Of a stretch of 64,000 nt of DNA, positions 52,291-64,000 are shown piece by piece; position 1 is the stretch's first letter; each line of letters starts with the position of its first letter. A model generated the notes under the pieces. That model saw nothing but the letters and a program-made list of their open reading frames with translations, was not told the origin of the DNA and ran no database searches. Both the position numbers and the translations under genes were made by a program. The DNA lies in assembly GCF_009914755.1 (NCBI RefSeq), contig NC_060934.1. One strand, given 5' to 3'. The DNA comes from the human T2T-CHM13v2.0 reference genome, Homo sapiens.

Positions 52291-54289
52291 TTTCAAGTAC
52301 TCCAGGAAAAGAATGAAATTAAAAGACACGGAAACAGGCTTATACTCCATCCCAGGGGGACCTTTTAGAACTCCTCAGGAAAGGCAATCAGCAAGTCTGC
52401 CAAAGTAATTAAGCAAACGAACATTTACCATAAAGCCCACATCAGTTAAGTGAACAAAGATGAATCTTATTACAGTGCACTGTCAGCTCTGAGCCTGCAG
52501 GTGCTAACCACTGAGACGTGGCGTTACTCGGCCCTAGCTGCTCACCCACCCACTGTGACAGAGAGCTTCGCCCTTCTCGTCAGCTCTGAAAAAGCAGGCT
52601 GCTTTCACCTGCTCCAGCACTGACTTATGTTGCTTTCAGACAGACCCTCACAGAGATGGCTTCCTGTAAGAAGCCTGGGTGTGGATACTGTGGCAGGTGG
52701 TAGGGTTGGCTACAGAAGGGAGGCTTGAGAGGTAGAGAGGATGGGAGAAAGCAGGGGGGCTGGGTAGCAGTTATGTCAGTGAGGTAAAGAAAATGGGATA
52801 GTTTGGTAAATCAAGAAGTAAATAAAGAATAAACAAGCTGCCCAAAGTATTGAACCGTTCTGCCTAAGTGAAGTTGATAGTCTCTCTGAAAAGGGAAGAA
52901 GTTAAAACTTCATTGCAAAATAGTTTCTCCTCAAGGAAAGAAATATTACTAGGGAACATCGCTTTTCTAATGTTAATGGCAGCCTCAACATCAGCTTTAT
53001 TAATGAGTTAGCACCAAAGCTAACAGGGTCAGATTTGTTGAGACCTAATCAGTATCTATTATTTAACAAAATCCACTGCTTGCTAGAATAAATGAATACT
53101 TATCAATTATCCTAAGATTTACAAATGGCACTTGAAGCACCTTTTGGCCCTATTTCTTTCTGCAAATAATTTTGAGAGTCAAAATGAAAGCCCCAAATTG
53201 ACCAAATGCCAACCAACTACATCAGAGACCCAGAAAGCTTTTATTCAACAGAAACTCTCACAAGGGGAAGGCTGTTAAGAGTAGCTGTGAGACAAATTCA
53301 AAAAATCATATAACTAGTTTAAAAAGCCAAAGACCATATGTCTATTACTCAGAGGAACAGATATGAATAGACAGAAGTAGGTAAGGTCCCTGTGTCCAGA
53401 AACCGATACATCTCTAACTTATTATGGAGAAGAAATCCTAAAGACATTGCTGGGAGACAGATACAACCAACCAACTGAAGAAATGTCACTTGTGGCACTT
53501 CTGGGCTGGGCTTGTGACAGAAAATGATGTTGGAGGTCTCACAGCAGATGCACGCACAGGCACTCATACGTGCGCACTTCTCTTCAGGTCTAGAACAAGA
53601 GCAAACAAAGAGCTGTGGTAGAAAGTGATTTGCAACCTTACTTTCTACCACAGCTCTTTGTCTGCAACAGGGCCTGCAGTTTCCTTACATTCAAAGGCAG
53701 CGGGAGGTGGGAAAAGGAGGGGAAACTAGATGACTGCTACTCAGAACCAAGCAGCGCTGCCCAGGAGAGGACTTAATGGGAGGATAAATTTGGGGCCTGA
53801 TTCTTTGACGGCACCTCCAGTAATAGCTAGTAAAGCAGGGGGTGAGAGCCAGCTCCAAACATTCATCATAATAGTGCAACAAGATGAAGGTCTTTAGGGG
53901 AGAGTCGATGAGATTCCAGAGTAAGAAAATGAAGCCCATGCGGAGGGTGAGGCGGTTGGCTCTGGCAGATTGTCTCCACAGGAGGCTGGTATAATTGTTT
54001 TATGCTCACAAAGAGGTTATTAGCTGCCATCTCTTCAATATACCAGAAAGAGCAGTAAGTTTTCTTCCTCCTGAAAGGTGACGCTACCAAAAGGAGAAAT
54101 TTAGTTTTAAAGTAATTAAAGAACTTTGTTTATGCTATAAGCACTGTTTTAGAAACAGAACTTCTATATTTTCTCCTCTCTTACTCTGCAAATTGACTGC
54201 TTTCTCATATAGTCAAGGAATCTCTGTCCCTAGAAGGAAGTTCTACAGTATCTGAAGCTAAAGGTTTGCCAGCACTGCCAGTGACTCTT

Positions 54290-54640
54290 GATAATTCAGT
54301 TTGTTTGACAAACATATGAATACCTATCATGTGCAGGCACTACGCTAGGCAATGAAGGTTGTGAATAAAATAAATCCCAGAGATCAAGGAGTTCATAAAT
54401 GGAAAAGACACACACGACAGACAGATAATTTCATTATGATGTGGTAAAGGCTAAGGCAGACAAAGAGTAGACAAAAGGTATCATGGAAGCACAGAGGAGG
54501 GGTGCTTAGCCCAACCTGCAGGCTTAGAAAGGACATTCTGAAGGACAGGGTGCTTGAGCAGAGTCTCAAAATATGAATTAGTTTATAATTAGGCAAGGAA
54601 AGGTGAGAATGTGTGGGCACATTTTCTTACAGGGAAGGAG
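54290..54640 (-). mobile_element. L2 fragment
   Basis: acctatcatgtgcaggcactacgctaggc...ggaagcacagaggaggg. Confidence 0.72.
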
Positions 54641-55674
54641 ACTGATACCGAACTTTTACTAAATCAAACAAAAGAAACCTTACTAGTTAAAAATTAGGTT
54701 CATGCCTTCAACAAATAGTCAAATTTTTCCAGTAAACTAAAGATAAAAGTTATAGCTTCCTTTCCCAGTGTCTCATTTTAAATATTTTCCATCTAAGGGG
54801 AAGCAGGACAACTTTTGTGAAAGCCACAAGACCTCTGCCTGTTGGGGTCCTGTTTACACCTGTTTGCTCAGTACTGACTCAAAGATGCTCATGGAGACAG
54901 GCCAGGGCAGGTTCTCTACCTCTTCTCCCCTAAACTAACTGTAAACACAAAGCAGTTTTCTAAGTTGGAGGCAGGTCTTTCAGGCTCCCATGGGAGTAGA
55001 TGGATCTCAGCTGTGCCGTGCCCGCCCTCTGCGGCTGTCAGTCTCCAGCTGGTGATGCAGCTGTTCCACTTAAAGCCACACTGAAGCCTCCAGTCTCTGA
55101 TCTCCACCAAACCACACTGACGACACTAAATGGCTTGGCTTTGCAGCTGCCTGTTATAAGAGTGTCCTTGGTTCTCTTTTGGCTTATAAGATTAATAATA
55201 TACATTTGGGAAGGTCCTCAGTGAGAAACACAGAAGAGAACCTTTAATGCCACGAAGAGCCTGAGCAAACACCTTACCGCCAAGAGCAGTAAGGCGTCCA
55301 AACACCTACACCAGTGGCATGTGAAACAGCCCCAGAACACACACACATTCCCTCAGCAGGGCCTCTAGCTTACATAAATGACAGCAACACAGCACTCAGC
55401 CAGTGAGGAGTTTTTTTTAAGGCAGCCTTAAAATCCCTTATAATTCAGTGAATCTGCAAAGATAAAAATAGCACTAATTACTTTGACTTGTTACTTAAAA
55501 AAAGAAAGAAAAACAATGCATAATGCTATCAATAATTTACTTCAAAGTGGCTTTAGTTGTCTCAAAGCCCCATTTTGGATAATTAAAGCCTTTCGGCCGT
55601 CTTCCTGTTACTCTGGAGGGAATTGGAAGTCAGTAAATTCTACAGTGTTGGGATTAAAAAAAAAAAACTCAGTT

Positions 55675-56013
<339 letters not shown>

Positions 56014-56271
56014 CTAACAATTTCAAAGCATACTTCCTGGCTATACTGGATTAATCCAGGAGCTATTAAGACTATATTTCCTATTGTCTGTTAAGATCTG
56101 AAGCAGACTTTTATAACGGGGCTCCACAGACACATTTGGGAAACACAATCAGAAGCAAAGTCCTATAGGACTTCTTAGGCATCTCAATATCCATTTCTGT
56201 AGCTTAAGACCTCAGGTCAGGTGATGATTCTGGAAGACAATGATGGCAATGTAAAGGCCTTGGAAGATTAA

Positions 56272-57790
56272 ATCATTCATTCTGCTATCCACCCATTCAC
56301 TCAACACTTATCGTAACATATTGGATTGTGCTGGGGCAGGAATTACGGAAGTAAAAAAGTCATGGTCTCTGTCCATTTAGTGATGGACAGACATGTAAAC
56401 AACCATACCACAATGTGATAAATGCTACAAGAGAGAAATGTACAAAACCCTTTGGCAATGCAGGTGTGAATCATTCTCTCTCAAAGAATCCAGGAAGCTT
56501 TCAAGGAAGGTTACATCTGGGCTAGATTTTGAAGCATAAACAGAATTTTGGTAGGTGAAAAGTGAAGAGGGAAGACATTCTAGGTAAAAGCATGTGCAGA
56601 GGTATGAAATTTGAGACTCTATGGCCAAGTCTAATTGGGACAGATCTTAGGATAGATGGGAGAGTGACAACAAATAAGGCTAGAAAGGTAGGTTGGGATC
56701 AAATGTCATGCAAAAAGGTCTGGACATTATCCTATCCCTATCAATGATGAAGAATCAAGCAAGACTTAAAATCTGGTGGTTTCCTAATGAAATATTTCAG
56801 ATGTACAAAAAGGTGCAAAAAAGAATACGCTGAATGCTTATATACCTACCATCTAATTGTAGAAAGAATTATAACTACCTTTCAAACCCTCCATGAACCC
56901 CTTTTTGATTGTCTGTCCGTCTTTTCCCGGAGTATCATTCTTATACAGAGTGTTTATCCTTTTACTAAATACAAACGTGTCTCTAAATAACATATCACTT
57001 TGTGTTCTTAAATGTTACGTACATGTTACATTCTGCACCTTACTTTTTAATGAATATTATATTTGTGAGACTTATTCTGATTTGTTTAGCTCTAGTCCAT
57101 CTTCAGTGTTGTATCACATTTCATTGTATAAATATACCACAATCCATTTTCCTGTTCATAGAAATGTAACTGGTTTCCTTTTGTTTTTTCTTTTGGTATT
57201 TATTTTGGATTAATACTGCAATCAACGTTGTTGTTTATACATCCTTGTTTGAGAAAGTTTCTCAAGGAAATGTACCTAGGGGTGAAGTTACTGGGTCATA
57301 AGGTTTGGGCAACTTTGACTTTATTAGCTGTTGCCAAACTGCCCTCAAAGTGATGCTGCTAACATATACTCCCACCAGCAGTGTAAAGACCTATGCTTCT
57401 GAAATCCAACTTGTGACTGAACAAATTGAATAGTGGCTGCTATAAGAAAAAGTCTGAAGGCAAAAAGAACAGTTAGGAGGCTCTTATAACATGAGAGATT
57501 ATGAGACCTTGAAATAAAATAGTGGTTGTAGCATTGGGGAAGAAGAATTTACTTGAGAGATATTTAGAAGGCAGGGTTGAAAGAACCTACTGACTGGGTA
57601 GCAGACAGAGAATTTAAAGTAACTGAGATTTCTACTTTAGGCAACTAAACAGATGATGACACCATTAATTGGGAAGGTAAACATAGGAGAGAAAAGTTCT
57701 TAAATTGTAGGGGTAGGGCAATAAGGCATTTTCTTTGGAATGTCAAGTCTGAAGTACTTGTGGGACCTCTGGGTAGGGAATGACGTTCAA
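56272..57790 (-). mobile_element. L2 fragments interrupted by an L1ME
   Basis: tcattcattc...caacactta; ggaagacattctagg; ttgagagatatttagaag...gatgacaccattaatt. Confidence 0.72.
56780..57390 (-). mobile_element. L1ME-type fragment
   Basis: ataccacaat...tacctagg..tgaagttactgggtcataagg...actcccaccagcagtgt. Confidence 0.72.
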
Positions 57791-58369
57791 GAGGCAAGAC
57801 CATGCTGGTAGTAAAAACTGTGAAGCCTGTTCACCTAGGCAGCTGTGAAGAATCAGATATGTAGCTTCAAAACAGTTAAGGGCAAAATAAACAGCACTTC
57901 CTACCAGTTAACACCAGTTTCTCTATTCTAGGAAAAAAACAGTCACTTACATGCCCCATGATACAAGGTACCCTCCCCTTGAACTAATTCTATATCTGAC
58001 TTTCCACCTGTCTAGACTAAAGCCTTCAGTTTAAGATGGAACAAGCAGGGATGAAAGAAGACAGTTTCGTAACACTAGTCTTCAGAGAGCTACCAAACTG
58101 GTGCTTTAAATGTCTACCAACGGGGAGACGACCTGACATCCTGTTTGACAAAGGTAACAAGCTTTGGTTCCTTTAAGTTCCTATTTAGATACATTTATAG
58201 ATATAATTTGCTTATATTTTGAACTCCTTGCTCTTCTAGATCTATGGAAAGGTATTTTTTAAGCAAAAGAAAAGTATTTACTGAGAAGTTATAGTGAATA
58301 TATAATATATCTTCATTTTCTTCCTAATTTCAACAAAGTGTGAATAGAAGCTCAGGAACTGGGATAACT

Positions 58370-58686
58370 GTTTTTGTCTTTGTTTTTGTTTTTGTTTTTT
58401 TTTGAGACAGGGTCTCACTCTGTCGCCCAGGCTGGAGTGCAGTGGTGCAATCTCAGCTCACTGCAACCTCCGCCGCCTGGGTTCAAGTGATTCTCATGCC
58501 TCAGCCTCTGAGTAGCTGGGATTACAGGCATGCGCCACCACACCCAGCTCATTTTTTTGTATTTTTAGTAGAGACAGGATTACTCCATTTCAGCCAGGCT
58601 GGTCTCGAACTCCTGACCTCAAATGATCCACCCGCCTCAGCCTCCCAAAGTGCCGGGATTACAGGCGTGAGCCACCGTGCTGGGCC
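58370..58686 (-). mobile_element. Alu (AluS-like)
   Basis: Dimer, TSD gggataa. Confidence 0.95.
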
Positions 58687-59389
58687 GGGATAATAGTTTT
58701 GATTCCACAGTTTCATCCTAGTGGTACACAGAAATAGCTGGGAATCTATTATACTACCAGAGTCAGGCCTGTTTTTCAGCAGTAACCGATCTTGGAAAAT
58801 GCAAGGTTAAAACCCAAGGTAGTATCCTAATAAAACAATGTGTTGATTTCTCTATTTTTAGAAATCAAGTATAGGAAAATAGTGGCTATAGAAACCAGGC
58901 TAAACCCAGCTCCCATGCCGCACTTCAAGCCCTGCAGTAACAAGTCAACCATCCTCATCCCTTGCCTTACAGTGTAAGGAATTTTTAGCCAACCCATCAT
59001 ATCTGATCTTCCTCTAGACCCGTCCTGTAGCCACCAGCCACATGTAGCTCCTAAGCATCTGAAACATGGCCAGTGCAACTAAAGAACTGAATTTTAAATT
59101 TTATTAATTTAAATGAAAAAAACTAAAGTAGTTTAAATTTTGTTCCACTAAATACAATTGTATTGTTTTGGTAGGGCTACATTTCACTTTAACTGCTGCA
59201 TTGTATAAGATATTACTGCTGTATTACAGTACATGTGTTGGGCAGGTGTGTTGTTTCTAGTAATGCATGTAAATACATCATCAATCTAGTTGATGTCAAT
59301 GGATTCAGTTAAAATGACTTACTTTTTACATATTAATTTAACAATGTAATATATTTACTTAATATTTTATGTGATAACGTGAGTTACAG

Positions 59390-59591
59390 CATGGTTTCTC
59401 AACATGAGCACTACTAACATTTGGGGCTACTTTGTTGCTGTGGCTGTCCTGGGCACTGTAGAATGTTTAGCAGCATAGCTGGCCTCTACCTACTACATGC
59501 CAGTAATACATCCTCCTTTCTCCAAGTTGTGCCAACTGAAATATAGCAAATGTCCCCCAGAGGGTAAAATCATATCAGTTGAAAACCACCA
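59390..59591. mobile_element. MER20 (hAT-Charlie), complete
   Basis: tggtttctcaac...tgtttagcagcat..ctggcctctacc...gttgaaaaccac; exact 8-bp TSD agttacag at 59382 and 59592. Confidence 0.88.
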
Positions 59592-59641
59592 AGTTACAGT
59601 TATGATTACATAAATCAGAACTGCTAATTAAAGTAAAATAA

Positions 59642-59965
<324 letters not shown>

Positions 59966-60039
59966 CTACTATTATTTTAATTATAATTAAATTTTGTTTC
60001 TAGTTTTAAAAAGTAAGTATTGAAAGATTTTTAAATTTA

Positions 60040-60433
<394 letters not shown>

Positions 60434-60466
60434 GAGACCAGAGGAAGGTATGTTGCAAGCTTCCTC

Positions 60467-60762
60467 TTTTTTTTTTTTTTTTTTTTTTTTGAGACAGGGT
60501 CTCACTCTGTCCCGAGGCTAGGGTGCAGTGGCACAATCACATCTCACTGCAGCCTCAACCTCCCCAAGCTCATGTAATCCTCCTATCTCAGCCGCCTGAG
60601 TAGCTGAAACCACAGGCGCGTGCCACCAGGCCCAGCTAATTTTTGTATTTTTTGTAAATATCAGGTTGCCCAAGCTGGTCTCGAACTCCTGGGCTCAAGT
60701 GATCCTCCTGCCTTGCCCTTCCAAAGTGCTGGGATTACAGGAGTGAGCCACTATGCCCAGTC
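60467..60762 (-). mobile_element. AluJ-like
   Basis: Reverse-complement dimer, long poly-T. Confidence 0.93.
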
Positions 60763-60779
60763 TCTCATTTTTCATGACA

Positions 60780-60875
60780 CAATTATTAAACATTGCATGC
60801 CTGTATCAAAGCATCTCACGTATCTCATATCTATATATACCTATTATGTACCCACCAAAATTAAAAATTAAAATT
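60780..60875 (+). mobile_element. L1MA-type extreme 3' end
   Basis: cattgcatgcctgtatcaaa...tatgtacccac.aaaattaaaaattaaaa. Confidence 0.8.
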
Positions 60876-61437
60876 AAATTAATGTTTTCATATTGATTAT
60901 ATGTTAGAAGAATAATATTTTGGGTACTTTGGGTAAAATAACTATTAAAAATTAATTTTATATGTTCAAAATTAAAGTTACATGTGACTCACAACGTATT
61001 TCTATTGAATTATGCTATGTAGACCTTGTTGCAAAAACGCTTTCCCTGTTACTTGTCTACCTGCTCTTCCTGTGGCCTTCAATGCAGGAAATCAATACAG
61101 TGATGCGGCCCTGGCAAGTCAAAAACACTGGAGATTGGAATTTTCTTCAAAATGCCTAGTCCTTGGTGAATAAATGCTGTCTCTAACCATCTGCTGCTGA
61201 CACTTGAAGAAAGAATTACAACCAAACTGACCTTCATCCCGGAGATTTACAACCAAGGGGAACAAGCTTTTCCCTTCTGTTTCCAACACCTATGGTCTGA
61301 TAACCTAGCTACTCCAAATGTAGCTTTCCAGCACTGAACTGGGAGAATAAATATTAAAGTTAGTATTTAGATTATTTAGATTGTGTTATTTGCCACCATT
61401 TACCATATACACTCTGAATTCTTGAAAAAAGAACCTA

Positions 61438-61842
<405 letters not shown>

Positions 61843-61860
61843 TTAATAAATGAGAATGTG

Positions 61861-62156
61861 GGCTGGGCGCGGTGACTCATGCCTGTAATCCCAGCACTTT
61901 GGGAGGCCAAGGCGGATGGACCACCTGGGTTCAGGAGTTCGAGATGAGCCTGGCCAACATGGTGAAACCCCATCTCTACTAAAAATACAAAAATTAGCCA
62001 GATGAGGTGGCAGGCGCCTGTAATCCCAACTATTCGGGAGACTGATGCAGGAGAATCGCTTGACCCAGAGGAGGCGGAGGTTGCAGTGAGCCAAGATCAT
62101 GCCACTGCACTCCAGCCTGGGTGACAGAGTGAGATTCCGTACCAAAAAAAAAAAAA
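61861..62156 (+). mobile_element. Alu (AluS-like)
   Basis: Dimer plus tail. Confidence 0.95.
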
Positions 62157-62457
62157 GAGACAGAAGGTGATCAATGTTATGTTCAAGTCTTCAGAAAATG
62201 AGTGTGTGAACACAGTTCTGGGTATATTTTGAGGGGATTTATTGACACTCTATAAGCTGTCAATGGGTGCCAGGCTGCAATTCTCTGCTCTGCTGTCAAA
62301 CATAATGAAACCTCCCACATAAAAGAAGTGAGGGTTCTGTGAAGAAATGGTTGATTCCAGGTCTGGAGCAGGAAGTGTAGATGATAATCCTGCGACATCT
62401 TGTGCCAGAAAGCAAGAAGGCTAACAAAGACTACCAGAGTCTTGTCAAAAAGATGTA

Positions 62458-62750
62458 GGCTGGACGCAGAGGCTTGTACCTGTAATCCCAGCTGCTCAGG
62501 GGACTGAGGCGGGAGGATGGCTTGAGGCCAGGAGTTCGAGATCAGCATGGGCAACACAGCAAGACTCCATCTCTAAAAAATAAAGTAGCTGGGCATGGTG
62601 GTATGAACCTGTAGTCCCAGCTACTCAGGAGACTGAGGCAGAAGGATCCCTCGAGCCCAGGAGTTCGATGTTGCAGTGAACCATGATCACATCACTGCAC
62701 TCAAGCCTGAGCGACAGAGCAACCCCATCTCTAAAATAAAACATAAAAAA
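62458..62750 (+). mobile_element. AluJ-like
   Basis: Dimer plus tail. Confidence 0.93.
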
Positions 62751-62757
62751 GACATGG

Positions 62758-63056
62758 GGCCAGGCACAGTGGCTCACGCCTGTAATCCCAGCACTCTGGG
62801 AGGCAAGGCGGGTGGATCACTTGAAGTTAGGAGTTCTAGACCAGCCTGGCCAACATGGTGAAACCCCATCTCTACTAAAAATACAAAAATTACCTGGGAG
62901 TGGTGGGCGCCTGTAGCCCCAGTTACTCAGGAGGCTGAAGCAGGAGAATCACTTGAACCCAGGAGGCGGAGGTTGCAGTGAGCTGAGATCGTGTATCTGC
63001 ACTCCAGCCTGGGCAGCAGAGCGAGACTCCATCTCAACAACAACAACAACAAAAAA
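62758..63056 (+). mobile_element. Alu (AluS-like)
   Basis: Dimer, TSD aaaaaagacatgg. Confidence 0.95.
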
Positions 63057-63115
63057 GACATGGAATCCAGTATGAATGTACACCCATGAATGTCCAAAGA
63101 AAATGATTTGAGCAT

Positions 63116-63469
<354 letters not shown>

Positions 63470-63499
63470 CTAAAAAAGAGAAAAATTTCATTAGATACC

Positions 63500-63895
63500 A
63501 TTTCTGATTGATTTTTGTACATCAAACTTGTATCCTACAACTCTGCTGAGCTCATTTATTCTAGTAACTTGTAGACTCCATCAGGTTTTCTAAATTGACA
63601 ATCATGTTGCTGCAAGTAAAGACAGTTTACATCTTCCTTTACAATTTAGATGGCTTTTATTTCTTTTTCTTGCCTGATTGCACTGTTTAGAACCTCCAGC
63701 ATAATGCTGAATAGAGGTGGTGACAGCAGACATCCATCTTGTTCCTAATCTTAGGGAAAAGCACGCAGTCTTTCAGCATTAAATATGACAGCTTGTAGGT
63801 TTTGCACAGATGCCCTTTATCATACAGAGGAAGCTCTCTTCTATTCCTAGTATGCTGAGAATTTTTATCAGAAATGGATTTTGCATTTCTCAGAT
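63500..63895 (-). mobile_element. L1M ORF2 (RT region) fragment
   Basis: gatttttgta...ttgttcctaatcttagggaaaagc...cctagtatgctgagaatttttatc; minus-strand translation resembles L1 RT. Confidence 0.85.
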
Positions 63896-64000
63896 GATGG
63901 ATAAACAAAACCCTGAAGTCAAAACACACTTCCATATGTACATATTATCTATAAAAGGATACCAAAGACAGGGAAAAAAAGGAAATATTTAAATTCTTTT

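Overview
Primate (human-like) genomic DNA, almost entirely intronic and very repeat-rich: about 60 Alu copies or fragments, plus MIR, L2, several L1s and DNA-transposon fossils. The only supportable coding sequence is a 79-nt minus-strand internal exon at 40415-40493 (ttctttgtttcag|A GCC ATC ATC AAC CAC...GAG GAG CAG|gtaagc, peptide [26 protein letters not shown]). I recognise this from memory as part of the C-terminal region of ARMH3/C10orf76. No neighbouring exon is visible, so the flanking introns are >40.4 kb and >23.5 kb. Region ~11.4-25.3 kb is a near-full-length ancient L1M containing a near-full-length Tigger3 (Golem), which in turn contains an L1PA 3' end and many Alus. Most ORF-track entries are repeat read-throughs or chance ORFs. 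I found no convincing new gene system. The most interesting signals are mutational scars (a fold-back plus templated Alu-to-Alu insertion, a probable L1 3' transduction, tail-less Alus with TSDs) and candidate cis-elements (a CTCF site beside the exon, an E-box/EBF cluster, an 11-nt microexon-like unit). Repeat boundaries are approximate and subfamily calls were made by eye.
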